NCBI GenBank assembly: GCA_001789725.1
Contig: MGAM01000004.1
Coordinates: forward strand, 51,913 to 115,912
DNA: 64,000 nucleotides
Direction of reading: 5' to 3'
From: Candidatus Roizmanbacteria bacterium RIFCSPLOWO2_01_FULL_39_19
GTDB taxonomy: Bacteria > Patescibacteriota > Microgenomatia > UBA1406 > HO2-37-13b
Shown: positions 28,893-39,203 of the stretch, piece by piece
Position numbering within the stretch: position 1 is the first letter of the stretch
How the letters are laid out: every line of letters starts with the position of its first letter
The notes under the pieces: generated by a model
What the model saw: the letters and a program-made list of their open reading frames with translations, nothing else
Database searches by the model: none
What the model was told of the DNA's origin: nothing
Made by a program: the position numbers and the translations under genes

Positions 28893-31800
28893 TTATTCAA
28901 CTGGTTGGATATCCAAACCCAATGCATTTAATTCTTTAACTAAAACGTTAAACGATTCAGGCACTGCTGATTGAGGAATGTCAACACCTTTAATTATTGC
29001 CTCAAATGCTTTTCGCCTTCCATGAACATCGTCTGATTTAATTGTTAGCATTTCCTGAAGAGCATACGGCATTCTATGTGATTCAAGAGCCCAGACTTCC
29101 ATTTCTCCAAATCGTTGTCCTCCCATTTGCGACTTTCCGCCTAGTGGCTGTTGTGTGACTAGTGAGTACGGACCGGTAGATCTTGCATGAAATTTATCCT
29201 CAACCATATGATTCAGCTTCATAATGTACCCAACACCTACAAAAACAGATTTTTCAAATTTGCGTCCGGTTCTGCCATCATATAAATTAACTTTTCCAGT
29301 AGTTGAAAATCCGGCATTCTTCAACTCTTCTTGAATTAGTAACTCATCAACCGGTTCAAATATTGGAAAAGCATATTTTTTTCCTTGTAAGTGACCTGCC
29401 ATTCCAAGAATCGTTTCAAATAATTGTCCTAAATTTAGACGATTTAAAACCGAAGTAGGAGAGAGCACAACATCAACTGGAGTGCCATCTTCTAAAAATG
29501 GCATGTCGTGTTCGGGTAAAATCCGAGAGATAACACCTTTATTACCATGACGACCAGCTAATTTATCTCCAACGGTGATTTTCCTTAATTCTCCAATTGT
29601 TACAATGATTTTCTTTAAAATGCCCGGATCAAGTTCATTGGGATCGCGTTTGGCGTTAATTATTCTAACGTTGACAACAACTCCTTTTTTCCCATATGGC
29701 ATCCTAAGCGATGTGTCTTTTACGTCTTTTGCTTTCTCACCAAAAATAGCTCGCAAGAGTCGCTCTTCTGCACTTAGTTCTTTCTCGCCTTTTGGAGCAA
29801 CTTTCCCAACCAAGACATCCCCCGATTCAACAAGGGACCCTATTACAACCAGTCCTGACTTATCAAGGTTGGCTAATATTTCCTCCCTAACGTTTGGAAT
29901 GTCTCGAGTTAACTCTTCAGGACCAAGTTTTGTGTCAACAACGTCCGCTACAAATTCTTCCATTGTCATTGATGTAAGTAAGTCCTTTTTCAAAACTCGC
30001 TCTGATATAACAAATCCATCCTCGTATCCAAATCCGTCGAGTGACGAGTAGGCAACAATAAGATTTTGGCCGACTGCAAGTTCGCCCATCTCGGTTGACG
30101 GACCGTCAATTAGAACGTCTCCACGTGAAACTGATTGATTAAGGCTAACCCGTGGTGATTGATCAAAAACAACATCACGATTGGTTTTGACAAATCGTTC
30201 AAGTTGATATTCATATTTTTTACCTGACTGCCCCTTTAAAACTAGTTTTTTAGCATCAACATAATCAATTACACCCCCTTCAGGAGAAAGAATTGTCCTG
30301 TTTAAACCAGTTGCTACCTTTTGCTCGACTCCCGTGCCGACAACAGGCGAACTAGGGGCAACAAGCGGAACAGCTTGACAGAACATGTTACTCCCCATCA
30401 GCGATCGCGTAGCCTCATCATGTTGTAAAAATGGAATAAGTGAAGGCGAAAGTCCAACTACCTGACGAGGAGAGTAATCAATATAATCAATTCTCGTTGC
30501 GTCAACCTCAATCACGTCTCCCTTATACCGCGCGGTAACTCTGCTCTCAACAATAAAGTTGTTCTCGTCAACCTTGACACCCCCGTGAGTAATATAGTAC
30601 TGTTCTTCATCATCTGCTTGTAAATATTCAACAACCGGCAGTACTTTAACCAAGATTTTAGATCCCTTCTTTTCTTTGGCAACTTTTCTATATGGAGTTT
30701 CAAGAAGTCCGTAATCATTTACACGAGCATAAAGGGCTAAATACGTTACTACTCCAATATTTGGTCCTTCAGGAGATCTAATTGGGTCAATTCGACCATA
30801 CTGAGACGCAGCAATATCACGAATTGAAAATGAAGCTCTTTCCTTAGCTATTCCACCCGGCCCACCAACCGTAAGTCGTCTTAAATTATCAAGCTCAGAT
30901 AATGGATTAGTCTGATCAACAATAGTTGAGAGTTGACTGGTCCTATAAAAAGAGTTAATAGCAGCAGCAATGGCTTTACTATTGACAATTTGAGAAGGCA
31001 TTACCTCTCCTTCCGGCATTGTCATGCTCATTCTTGATTTAATGTCACGCTCCGCCCTTACCATTCCAACCCGTATGCCATACATCCCAATTAGTTCTCC
31101 AACCGCGCGAACTCTACGATTGGCAAGATGATCAATGTCGTCAAAGTTCCCACGCCTTGCGGTTAGATTGACAAGATATTTAATCATTTCAACAACATCT
31201 TGTTGCATTAAGATAAAATTTTCTTTTTCTATGTTTATATCAAGTCCTAATTTTTTATTGATTTTGTATCTACCAACATTATCAAGTGTGTAACGACGAT
31301 TGTTGAAAAACAAATTATTTAAAGTCTCGTTAGCAGTTGACAATACTAGAGGTTCGCCTGGACGTATTTTTTTATATATTTCCAAAATCGCCTCGTCGTG
31401 GGTTTTTGAATTGTCTTTTTCAAGTGTTGGCAGAATATATTTTTCAACTAAGTTTTTATCAATGCCAGAAAAAAGATTAACAATTTCCATGTCACTCATG
31501 TTTTTAAATGATCGTAAAAAAGCTGTCGCTAAAAATTTTCTTTTCTTATTAATTTTTGCTTCGATAAGATTATTTTTTGAAATGGTCAAATCAAGCCAAG
31601 CGCCAATATATGGTCTAATTTCGGCATTGTAAACTGTCGATCCAGTATTTTTATCAACCTCTGCAGTAAAATAAACTCCTGGTGCTCTAACAATCTGGCC
31701 AATAACACAACGTTCAATTCCACTAATAATGAACGTTCCTCGATGGGTCATTTTAGGAAGATTAAAGAAATAGACGTCTTGTGTTTTTTCTTGATTTTTC

Positions 31801-32192
31801 TTTTTATTAAGAAGTTTTACTTTGGCATAGACGGGGAATTGGTAGGTGAGTTTTTTATCAATACATTCTTCTTGGGTATATCGAGGTTCTCCATAAAAAA
31901 CATCAATGAGCTCAAGCGTGAAGTTTTTTTTGGTGTAGTCTTCAATTGGAAAAAATTCCTCTAGGATATTTTTAATTCCACCATTTAAGAAAGTTTCCCA
32001 CGATTTTGTTTGAATTTCGATTAAGTCTAGCTGTTCAAGTTCATCCACCTGCCCATAAAAAACCCGTTTGGGAATGAATGATTTCTTAGTTATTTTTGTT
32101 GGTGTAGGCATCTGTCTTCTTAAGAGGGCAAGAAATTGATATTTTTTATCAAAAAAATAGATAGACCAATATCTATTTGGCCTATCTGACAT
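28893..32192 (-). CDS. rpoB: DNA-directed RNA polymerase subunit beta
   Basis: Contains conserved RpoB blocks (GRHGNKGVIS, GGQRFGEMEVWAL). The true start may be the ATG at 32109-32111 (MPTPTKITKKSF...). Confidence 0.97.
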   Translation of the reverse strand: MSDRPNRYWSIYFFDKKYQFLALLRRQMPTPTKITKKSFIPKRVFYGQVDELEQLDLIEIQTKSWETFLNGGIKNILEEFFPIEDYTKKNFTLELIDVFYGEPRYTQEECIDKKLTYQFPVYAKVKLLNKKKNQEKTQDVYFFNLPKMTHRGTFIISGIERCVIGQIVRAPGVYFTAEVDKNTGSTVYNAEIRPYIGAWLDLTISKNNLIEAKINKKRKFLATAFLRSFKNMSDMEIVNLFSGIDKNLVEKYILPTLEKDNSKTHDEAILEIYKKIRPGEPLVLSTANETLNNLFFNNRRYTLDNVGRYKINKKLGLDINIEKENFILMQQDVVEMIKYLVNLTARRGNFDDIDHLANRRVRAVGELIGMYGIRVGMVRAERDIKSRMSMTMPEGEVMPSQIVNSKAIAAAINSFYRTSQLSTIVDQTNPLSELDNLRRLTVGGPGGIAKERASFSIRDIAASQYGRIDPIRSPEGPNIGVVTYLALYARVNDYGLLETPYRKVAKEKKGSKILVKVLPVVEYLQADDEEQYYITHGGVKVDENNFIVESRVTARYKGDVIEVDATRIDYIDYSPRQVVGLSPSLIPFLQHDEATRSLMGSNMFCQAVPLVAPSSPVVGTGVEQKVATGLNRTILSPEGGVIDYVDAKKLVLKGQSGKKYEYQLERFVKTNRDVVFDQSPRVSLNQSVSRGDVLIDGPSTEMGELAVGQNLIVAYSSLDGFGYEDGFVISERVLKKDLLTSMTMEEFVADVVDTKLGPEELTRDIPNVREEILANLDKSGLVVIGSLVESGDVLVGKVAPKGEKELSAEERLLRAIFGEKAKDVKDTSLRMPYGKKGVVVNVRIINAKRDPNELDPGILKKIIVTIGELRKITVGDKLAGRHGNKGVISRILPEHDMPFLEDGTPVDVVLSPTSVLNRLNLGQLFETILGMAGHLQGKKYAFPIFEPVDELLIQEELKNAGFSTTGKVNLYDGRTGRKFEKSVFVGVGYIMKLNHMVEDKFHARSTGPYSLVTQQPLGGKSQMGGQRFGEMEVWALESHRMPYALQEMLTIKSDDVHGRRKAFEAIIKGVDIPQSAVPESFNVLVKELNALGLDIQPVE

Positions 32193-32233
32193 TCACGAAA
32201 ATGAAGTCAATATACATCACTCATACCATAAAG

Positions 32234-32557
32234 TCAAGCGCTTTTTAAAGTTTTGCCGTTTTTTACAAAAAATTTACTAATGTCTCTCTTCTCAGGAAGA
32301 GCTGATTGGATTTTTGATATAAGATCGGTAATGTTTGTTGCTCCGGTAATTAGTTTATTTTTATTAGTTTTTGTTTCAACAGCAGATTCAACAATATCGT
32401 CAATATTATTTTCCAAATGTTCGGCGAAATCCATTATCTGCTTCAATGCCGATCTGCCCTTTTTTGTTCCAAGAAAAAATAATACAGTTGCCCCAACAGT
32501 AAAACCTGTCCAAAAATTGCTCATGGCAGGAGTAGTCCTTTGCGTTTTAGCGATCAT
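32234..32557 (-). CDS. Small membrane-anchored protein (YtxH-like, tentative)
   Basis: One N-terminal TM helix followed by a helical charged tail. The family assignment is weak. Confidence 0.35.
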   Translation of the reverse strand: MIAKTQRTTPAMSNFWTGFTVGATVLFFLGTKKGRSALKQIMDFAEHLENNIDDIVESAVETKTNKNKLITGATNITDLISKIQSALPEKRDISKFFVKNGKTLKSA

Positions 32558-32846
32558 GCTTGTCTTTCTTTTTCGACTTTGTTACCAAATCAACCACCTG
32601 TAACAACTTACCTATTCCTGACACAAACGCGGTTACCTCAGAATATCCTTGGCTTAATCCTGAACCAATTTTTTCAAACTCATCCATAATATTGTTTGCT
32701 CGGGTAAGAAGTTTTCTAAGATCGCGGAGGACAAAAACCAACTGAACCCCAATAATGGTTAGTAGCACCGTCATGATTGTTGTTGCCGATATTATTATTA
32801 TTTGATTAGGGTCTGTCATGTCAATTACAACTTCCTCACTTGGCAC
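32547..32846 (-). CDS. Small membrane-anchored protein (DUF948-like, tentative)
   Basis: TM helix followed by LRDLRKLLTRANNIMDEFEKI. The start is ambiguous (GTG at 32846 or ATG at 32819). Confidence 0.35.
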   Translation of the reverse strand: MPSEEVVIDMTDPNQIIIISATTIMTVLLTIIGVQLVFVLRDLRKLLTRANNIMDEFEKIGSGLSQGYSEVTAFVSGIGKLLQVVDLVTKSKKKDKHDR

Positions 32847-33003
32847 ATTACTTTGTTAGAAGCTGCGGGACTCGACGACGTACTATCATAAGCACGCCTT
32901 ACTCGTTCCTCGCTTCTTTCTCGTACTGCATCCAATTGTGAAAGTTGTTATGTATCATTGTTATTAAAATGGTTGTGAAAGTCAAGTATAATTATTGAGT
33001 TTT

Positions 33004-34134
33004 ATGAAAAGAGCCACAATTGTACTCCCAACCTATAACGAAAAGGAAAATATCAAAATTCTCATTCCTGAAATATTCACTATCGCTCAATACGTTCAAA
33101 ACTGGAGCATTTCAATTCTTGTTATTGATGACACGTCACCCGACGGAACTGCCGATGAGGTAAAGTTACTTCAAAAGAAGTATAAAAACTTGCATCTAAT
33201 TGTCGGTCCAAAACTTGGCCTTGGTAATGCCTATCAACGGGGGTTTAGATATGCTACTGATAATCTTGGTCCAGACTTTATATTCGAAATGGATGCAGAT
33301 CGCCAGCACAACCCTAACATCTTGCCAAAATTTTTGAAGAAAATTGATGAAGGAGCAGAATTTGTTATAGGGTCAAGATATATAAAGGGTGGTGGGATTC
33401 CTGAAAGCTGGGCGTTTTATAGAAAATTCTTTTCGTATTTTGGTAACTGGGTTTTACGACTTGGATTTATGAAACTTTCAATAACCGACTGGACATCAGG
33501 CTATCGTGCCATTAAGACGGATTTTATAGATAAAACTCTACCTTTGTATAAAAAGCTTAATGGTTATACTTTCCAAATTGGCATTCTTGACAATGCTATT
33601 AAAAATCACTTAAGGATTGCAGAGGTTCCATTCTATTTTGAGGAGAGAGGTAAAGGAGAATCTAAAATAAAAACATTAGAGTTCGTTGTGAATAATTTAC
33701 TTTATATCTTTTTCAACTCATCATTTGTTAAATTTGCGTTTGTTGGAGTTACTGGCGCTGTAATTGACTTTTGTATTTCGTTCGTTTTGATTGAAATGTT
33801 TCGGCTAAGAGTATTTTTCTCAACCATAATTAGCGCCGAAACAGCCATAGTCACCACATTTGTTTTTAACAACTACTGGAGTTTTGCCCATAAAAAAGTA
33901 GCGCATAAATTAAATTCATTTATTAGAAGTTTTGTCAAATATAACACTGTGTCTGCCGGCAACATTCTCATTCAAGCAGTTTTGCTTGAAATTGCGACAA
34001 TAATTTTTCCTTTGAAATTTTGGTTTGTTTATAAATTCATAATTTTGGCCGTTGTGATTATTCCATATTCTTATTTCATGTATAACCAAGTTATCTGGAA
34101 ACAATCACCTCAAAAACTTGCAAATAAAGAATAA
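33004..34134 (+). CDS. Polyprenol-phosphate glycosyltransferase (GT2, DPM1/ArnC-like) fused to a GtrA-like membrane domain
   Basis: Contains VLPTYNEKENI, VIDDTSPDGT and EMDADRQH, plus a C-terminal 4-TM GtrA-like region (FVKFAFVGVTGAVIDF...). I chose the ATG at 33004. Confidence 0.8.
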   Translation: MKRATIVLPTYNEKENIKILIPEIFTIAQYVQNWSISILVIDDTSPDGTADEVKLLQKKYKNLHLIVGPKLGLGNAYQRGFRYATDNLGPDFIFEMDADRQHNPNILPKFLKKIDEGAEFVIGSRYIKGGGIPESWAFYRKFFSYFGNWVLRLGFMKLSITDWTSGYRAIKTDFIDKTLPLYKKLNGYTFQIGILDNAIKNHLRIAEVPFYFEERGKGESKIKTLEFVVNNLLYIFFNSSFVKFAFVGVTGAVIDFCISFVLIEMFRLRVFFSTIISAETAIVTTFVFNNYWSFAHKKVAHKLNSFIRSFVKYNTVSAGNILIQAVLLEIATIIFPLKFWFVYKFIILAVVIIPYSYFMYNQVIWKQSPQKLANKE

Positions 34135-34155
34135 TTGGCTTACTATATTCTTTAG

Positions 34156-34818
34156 ATGAAAAAGCCACTGTCGCCAATGCAGAAAGCTTTAAATCTTTGG
34201 GCAATTGTTTTGATTCTCTGGAGTGTTTATAGAACAAAGCTTGCCCTTCCTGAGTGGTTTGATGAATTTGTTGCCAAACCATTAGTATTTGTCCTGCCGG
34301 TTTATTTCTACATTAGGAATTTTGAATTGAAGCCGTTTTTTGAGTCAATTTATCTGACCAGGGCTAATCTTTTTAATAATGTCAAAATTGCGCTTGGCAT
34401 TGGGGTGCTTTTAACTGGTTCAGCAGTTGCTGCCAATTACTTTAGACATGGAACATTCTCATTTTCAAATACTTTATTTAACGTAGGGGCTCAAAATCTG
34501 CCAATTATTGTTATTATATCCCTTGCAACTGCAATCTCTGAGGAGCTTTTGTCAAGGGGGTTTTTGCTCAAGAGATTGTACGAGGATTCTGGAAATATTT
34601 ATGCTTCATCCTTTTTATCTAGCATTCTATTTTTGGTTCTACATATTCCAATATTATTTACAAATATTCAACTGCAAGGATCACTAATATTATTGTTTTT
34701 GATGACCGACTTCATATTAAGCATGGTCAACTCCTTTCTTTTTCTTGACGGCAAGAATCTTATATCACCGATATTGGTGCACACATTCTATAACCTAGCA
34801 ATAATTCTTTACGTGTAG
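34156..34818 (+). CDS. CPBP-family intramembrane glutamic endopeptidase (CAAX protease-like)
   Basis: Contains EELLSRGFL, a FLVLH motif and a late HTFYN motif. Confidence 0.75.
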   Translation: MKKPLSPMQKALNLWAIVLILWSVYRTKLALPEWFDEFVAKPLVFVLPVYFYIRNFELKPFFESIYLTRANLFNNVKIALGIGVLLTGSAVAANYFRHGTFSFSNTLFNVGAQNLPIIVIISLATAISEELLSRGFLLKRLYEDSGNIYASSFLSSILFLVLHIPILFTNIQLQGSLILLFLMTDFILSMVNSFLFLDGKNLISPILVHTFYNLAIILYV

Positions 34819-34819
34819 G

Positions 34820-36412
34820 TTATTTATTTTCTTTAACTAAAAAAATATCTTGTTTGTGATATTTAATTTTTTCATTATATTGATCTCCCATCTCGTCAGG
34901 AAAACCAATATATGCCGTCCGTTTTTGATCTTTGCTTGAAGGCATTGTAAAAACAAACTTGTCAAATTTTGCCACCTGAGTAAAGCCATGCTCATCTCTT
35001 TTTGTTCGAACGGTCTCTTTTTGAAACTTAGACGGATCAATTTTATTGTAGAAAAGAAGATAAATGTATGGCTGGCCGTTTTTTGTTGTTATATAAAATT
35101 TATCAAATTTGGAATAGTTTTCTTTTACGTAGTTAGCTAATTCTTTATTGCCACACTGCCAGGCACTTTGAACCGTTGGCCGTTTGAAATAATGAAAGAA
35201 ATAGACATCGTAAGCAAAAAATAAGAAAAATAGATGAGCTAAAAATATCGCCAAAACTACCAAATTGTTCATATTTTTTTTCAACTCAAAAAATCCATAT
35301 GACGCAAATAGCCCCAATGGAATTATTAAAAAGCACGTTCGTGTCAACGAAACTGGTTGCCAAGTCAAGGCACTACCGATTGGAGCAACAAGCAAAAGTC
35401 CTAAGAAATAAAATCTAAATCTGTTTTTATTTCTAAGTAGGGCAAAAACACCAATAATCGCACAAATATATAAAATCGGGGTTATGGGGTTCATCCCAAG
35501 ATATCCAAATTTCTGATTAGGGTCTCCTGTTACAACCAAAAAATCGGGGGACAAAAGTCGCAGATAGTTATTGGTAAAAAATATTATCCCTTCAGTTAGT
35601 TTATTGTGGATTAATCGAATATTGTGCTCATTTAGGTATTCATTAATTCTTAAAGTAAAGCCAATATTTTTATAAAAAGCCAAGTTGGAAAGTCGATTTA
35701 CTCCATATTGCAAGTCAATAAATGTAGGAATCAATAAAGTAGTCACCGTCAGAAACAAACTAGTTTTACTAATACCCTGTCTAATATTTTTAATTAAAAA
35801 GAACAAAATAGAACCAACTACGAAAATAAGATAAATTCTGCCGATGTGATATGAAAATGCTGAAAACAGGGCAAAAAGTAATGTTAAAAGGAGGGTTTTA
35901 AAAGTTTTATTTTCAAAAAAACCAACTGCAAAGTACGAAGATAAGGTAATAAATAAGGTCGAGAGTGCAGCTTCATGAGCATGTCGGGTTACTATTAGGG
36001 TCCAGATCGACGCGGATACAAAAAAACTTCCCAGCAAAGCTATCTTTTCATCCTCGATCACTTTTTTAAACAAAAAATATGATGATAAGGCAAGCCCTGC
36101 AGCAACAAACAAATTTAAAAGACGAACTGAGAAGTCAGACATTCCAAATAAGGCAACTGATGGAATGGAGAGGTAGCTATACAAGGGCATTTTAAAATCA
36201 TCAAATGATTTAAGTCGCATGGGAAGAAAGTTGCCATGCTCATCCTTTAAAGTTTGTAGGATTGAATAAGCATTATATCCAAATGCTGCTTCATCAGGAT
36301 TTAGACAGCCGGGGATTTGATTAAATTTGAATAGATTTAGTGAGATTGTAAATATAACAATAGCTCCTAGTAAAAGTAAATATATCTTATTTTGTTTAAA
36401 TATTTTAAACAC
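34820..36412 (-). CDS. GT-C membrane glycosyltransferase (ArnT/PMT-like, GT39/83)
   Basis: Contains LNPDEAAFGYNAYS in the first loop and more than 10 TM helices. Start is GTG. Confidence 0.7.
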   Translation of the reverse strand: MFKIFKQNKIYLLLLGAIVIFTISLNLFKFNQIPGCLNPDEAAFGYNAYSILQTLKDEHGNFLPMRLKSFDDFKMPLYSYLSIPSVALFGMSDFSVRLLNLFVAAGLALSSYFLFKKVIEDEKIALLGSFFVSASIWTLIVTRHAHEAALSTLFITLSSYFAVGFFENKTFKTLLLTLLFALFSAFSYHIGRIYLIFVVGSILFFLIKNIRQGISKTSLFLTVTTLLIPTFIDLQYGVNRLSNLAFYKNIGFTLRINEYLNEHNIRLIHNKLTEGIIFFTNNYLRLLSPDFLVVTGDPNQKFGYLGMNPITPILYICAIIGVFALLRNKNRFRFYFLGLLLVAPIGSALTWQPVSLTRTCFLIIPLGLFASYGFFELKKNMNNLVVLAIFLAHLFFLFFAYDVYFFHYFKRPTVQSAWQCGNKELANYVKENYSKFDKFYITTKNGQPYIYLLFYNKIDPSKFQKETVRTKRDEHGFTQVAKFDKFVFTMPSSKDQKRTAYIGFPDEMGDQYNEKIKYHKQDIFLVKENK

Positions 36413-36413
36413 A

Positions 36414-37319
36414 TTATTTAAATAGCTTTAAAACAGTATAATCGTTTACTTTTGATTGTTTTTTTTCAACAATCCAACTCTTAAATATTAATGGGAAAGC
36501 AAATAATGCTCCTAAAAAACCCTTGAAGAAATTTATATCACGAGCAAATCCATGCTTAAATAAATAATAAGGCAGATATGCAATATGCTTTAATATAAGC
36601 TCAAAATCAGTAATATTTTTCCACATAAAAATGAAGTGGTTTCTGTATGCAATTGTTTTAATGAAATCATCCTTGAAATATTTTCTTATTGTTGATTCGT
36701 GATAATGTTGAACCAAAATTGATGGCTCAAACCATATTTTCCAGCCTCGTTTGTTAGCCCGATAAGATAGGTCATTATCTTCATGGTAAAAAGGCTTGAA
36801 TAAACTGCCGAATCCATTAATTTGTTTGAAATAGCTTGCCCTTAATAAGCAACAACCACCCTCTGCCCAACCATTGATACCCGGCGTCAAATTATCAACC
36901 TTTTTGTTAAATATAAATCCTCGTCTTTCAAAAAAGGCATTTTTACCAACAATTTCTCCATTCTTTTCTTTTTGGGCAAAACTTACTCCAAAAAGTTGAA
37001 GGTTATCGTTAAGGATTTTTACCGCCTTTTTATATGATTCTCCGTCAAGCAAAACGTCAGAATTTAAGAGGAATAAATAGTCTCCGTTTGCATGCTTTGC
37101 TCCCCAGTTTACAGTCTGACCAAACCCAAGATTTTTTTGATTTGATAATATTTTTATCTTTGGAAATTCTTTTTCTATTAACTCGGGGATGTTTTCATCT
37201 GACGCATCATCGATAACAATAACTTCGCAACTCTTAAGAAACTCCCAGTTTTGTCTTAGGTTTTTTAATAGCAGTTCTTTGTTTTTATATACCGGAATAA
37301 TTACGGTAATTTTTCTCAT
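36414..37319 (-). CDS. Glycosyltransferase family 2
   Basis: Contains VIIPVYKNKELL, VIVIDDASDE and LLNSDV. Confidence 0.8.
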   Translation of the reverse strand: MRKITVIIPVYKNKELLLKNLRQNWEFLKSCEVIVIDDASDENIPELIEKEFPKIKILSNQKNLGFGQTVNWGAKHANGDYLFLLNSDVLLDGESYKKAVKILNDNLQLFGVSFAQKEKNGEIVGKNAFFERRGFIFNKKVDNLTPGINGWAEGGCCLLRASYFKQINGFGSLFKPFYHEDNDLSYRANKRGWKIWFEPSILVQHYHESTIRKYFKDDFIKTIAYRNHFIFMWKNITDFELILKHIAYLPYYLFKHGFARDINFFKGFLGALFAFPLIFKSWIVEKKQSKVNDYTVLKLFK

Positions 37320-38380
37320 AAGTTAAAAACCATTTTGCAGTCATTTTTAAATGAGCTGTAATTAAATTTTTTTGCGGTTTTTAATCCTTGTTTTTGAATT
37401 TTCTGCATTTCATTCTCGTTGTTAACTATTTCGATTGTTTTTTTAACTAACTCCTCAACCGACTCATACAAGAAACCATTAACGCCAGATTCTATAATAT
37501 CTTTTTGCCCTCCTGCATTATAAGCAAAAACAATACATCCTCGTGAAAGTCCCTGAAGAGGAGATATTCCAAAATGTTCAACGGCATCTGGGTCGTTTTC
37601 CTCATCAAGACCATATCCGGCAGCGTGCCAATACACACTCGCCTCATTAAGTTTTCTTATCATAACTTGGGACGCTGCATTTGGCAGTAATTTTACATTA
37701 CTATTTTTACTCGCCAGTTTTTTTATCTTATTAAAGAAATCTTTATCTTCCGTCCTCAGTCCTCCAATAAGAATCAGCTTCCAGTCGGGTTTCAATTTCT
37801 GGAATTTATTAAATACCTCAATTAAAACATCTTGTCTTTTTGAATGAAGATGCCCAAAAAATCTACCAATTGAGACAATTGTCTTAGTTTTGTTTCTGTT
37901 TATTGGTTTAAAAAAATCATCTGAAAGATAGGGAGTTATTACATGAGTAGGTCTTTTTACCCAGAATTTTAAATATTTTGCTGTAAATTCCGAGTTTGCT
38001 ATAAACTCAAAATTTCTTAGTTTTAAGTTATTAAGAAAAGTATTTTTATATAAATCTTTTTTTGGGTACATTGAAAAAATATAGTTGTGTTTTCCGCCTG
38101 AAAAGAAGTAGCTTCCGTCAGTTGCATAAATAACATAATCAAATTGTGAGGTGAGATTTAATCTGGCAATAGACGAGAGCTTGCTAAAGTTAGTGATAAA
38201 GTTTATTTTTTTAATACTAATATTTAGCCTATCGTTAATCGTTTTTTCAATAGAAGGGTCACTCCAGGCTAGAAAAATTTCATACTCAAAATCTTCTAAA
38301 ACTTTCCCCATTGATAAGATATGCTCCTCGCCACCTCCAATAGTGTCTAAATAAGGGTTAATTATTAAGACTCTTTTCAT
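37316..38380 (-). CDS. Glycosyltransferase family 4 (GT-B fold)
   Basis: Contains MKRVLIINPYLDTIGGGEEH and the C-terminal E..FGISPLQG motif. I chose the ATG at 38378-38380. Confidence 0.8.
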   Translation of the reverse strand: MKRVLIINPYLDTIGGGEEHILSMGKVLEDFEYEIFLAWSDPSIEKTINDRLNISIKKINFITNFSKLSSIARLNLTSQFDYVIYATDGSYFFSGGKHNYIFSMYPKKDLYKNTFLNNLKLRNFEFIANSEFTAKYLKFWVKRPTHVITPYLSDDFFKPINRNKTKTIVSIGRFFGHLHSKRQDVLIEVFNKFQKLKPDWKLILIGGLRTEDKDFFNKIKKLASKNSNVKLLPNAASQVMIRKLNEASVYWHAAGYGLDEENDPDAVEHFGISPLQGLSRGCIVFAYNAGGQKDIIESGVNGFLYESVEELVKKTIEIVNNENEMQKIQKQGLKTAKKFNYSSFKNDCKMVFNL

Positions 38381-39113
38381 AAAGTAGTAAATAAGTAACT
38401 GTTTTGGAATAAGCTTGATATATACTTGCAATAAGTCCTGTCGGTCCGTCAAGTATGCCTTTGTCACGAATAAACCGCCGGTAAAATTCGGCTAGAAACT
38501 TTCTAAAGAAGGTTAAAGTTGATGCTTTCCTGTTGCCTCGATACAACAACAACGATTCTTTATCTTCAAATCTTATTGTTTTCTCAACCATCTCGTTCAA
38601 GTTTCCTTGAGAGAAATGAAGTAGTGGAGATTTAAGCGTCCCCATTTCGCCTTTAATAACTGGAGTTGAGTGGATTTCTTTTGGCCATTTTATAAATGAA
38701 TTTTTTTTAATTAACCTGACTATTGGGTCAGGCCACCAACCGCCATGTTTCATAGGCCACTTTTGAGCAAACATGTTAAGCCGAGGTCCCTTGAAGTGAG
38801 TAAAATTGGTTTCTTTTATAATATGTTTTATTTCATCAACCAACTCTTGGCTAAACCTCTCATCAGCATCTAAGATGTACGCCCATTCAGCATCAGCCTT
38901 CTCAATTGCAAAATTTCTTGACGGTTCAATAATTGGAGCCTTTTTATAGGAATAAACCTTAACACCCATCGATCTTGCAACGCCGGCTGTGTTATCAGTG
39001 CTTTCTGTGTCAACGACTATTACATTTGAGGTCAGTTTTCTAGCTGAGACAATACAATCTTTTATTAATTTCTCTTCGTTATAAAGACTTATTACAACAC
39101 AAATGTCATTCAT
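38358..39113 (-). CDS. Glycosyltransferase family 2 (paralog of 46564-47484)
   Basis: Contains ICVVISLYNEEKLI, VVDTESTDNT, ILDADERFS and GGWWPDPIVRL. I chose the ATG at 39111-39113. The track's longer start lies inside the duplicated segment. Confidence 0.75.
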   Translation of the reverse strand: MNDICVVISLYNEEKLIKDCIVSARKLTSNVIVVDTESTDNTAGVARSMGVKVYSYKKAPIIEPSRNFAIEKADAEWAYILDADERFSQELVDEIKHIIKETNFTHFKGPRLNMFAQKWPMKHGGWWPDPIVRLIKKNSFIKWPKEIHSTPVIKGEMGTLKSPLLHFSQGNLNEMVEKTIRFEDKESLLLYRGNRKASTLTFFRKFLAEFYRRFIRDKGILDGPTGLIASIYQAYSKTVTYLLLYEKSLNN

Positions 39114-39131
39114 GTCACTTCTAAGTATATC

Positions 39132-39203
39132 AATAAAAAGGGATTGTTTTAAGTTTGGTTTGTCCGTACAATATACGTATATGTACATATTGTATTTTGT
39201 ACT
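39132..39203. repeat. Left copy of the 72-bp direct repeat (target duplication) flanking the IS
   Basis: Exact 72/72 match to 40866-40937 (AATAAAAAGGGATTGTTTTAAGTTTGGTTTGTCCGTACAATATACGTATATGTACATATTGTATTTTGTACT). It abuts the IS terminal inverted repeat. Confidence 0.9.

Noticed and set aside
1679-31964. Numerous 60-160-aa ORFs antisense to, or out of frame within, secY, r-protein genes, tuf, fusA, rpoC and rpoB (e.g. 1679-1921, 7267-7746, 12488-12859, 25049-25504, 29575-30051).
   Set aside because: These are shadow ORFs inside strongly conserved genes. They have low-complexity Ser/Pro/Leu-rich translations and no independent start or promoter context.
32847-32994. A locally GC-richer 90-nt stretch (about 32855-32935) upstream of the small-membrane-protein/rpoB operon. 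It includes a 13-codon minus-strand ORF (ATG 32887-32889, MIVRRRVPQLLTK, stop 32848-32850) that ends next to the GTG of the following gene. I considered a tRNA, SRP/6S RNA, an r-protein leader or a leader peptide.
   Set aside because: I could not fold a convincing tRNA or any conserved RNA motif by eye, and the mini-ORF has no recognisable precedent. It is worth an Rfam/Infernal scan, but I cannot support it from the sequence alone.
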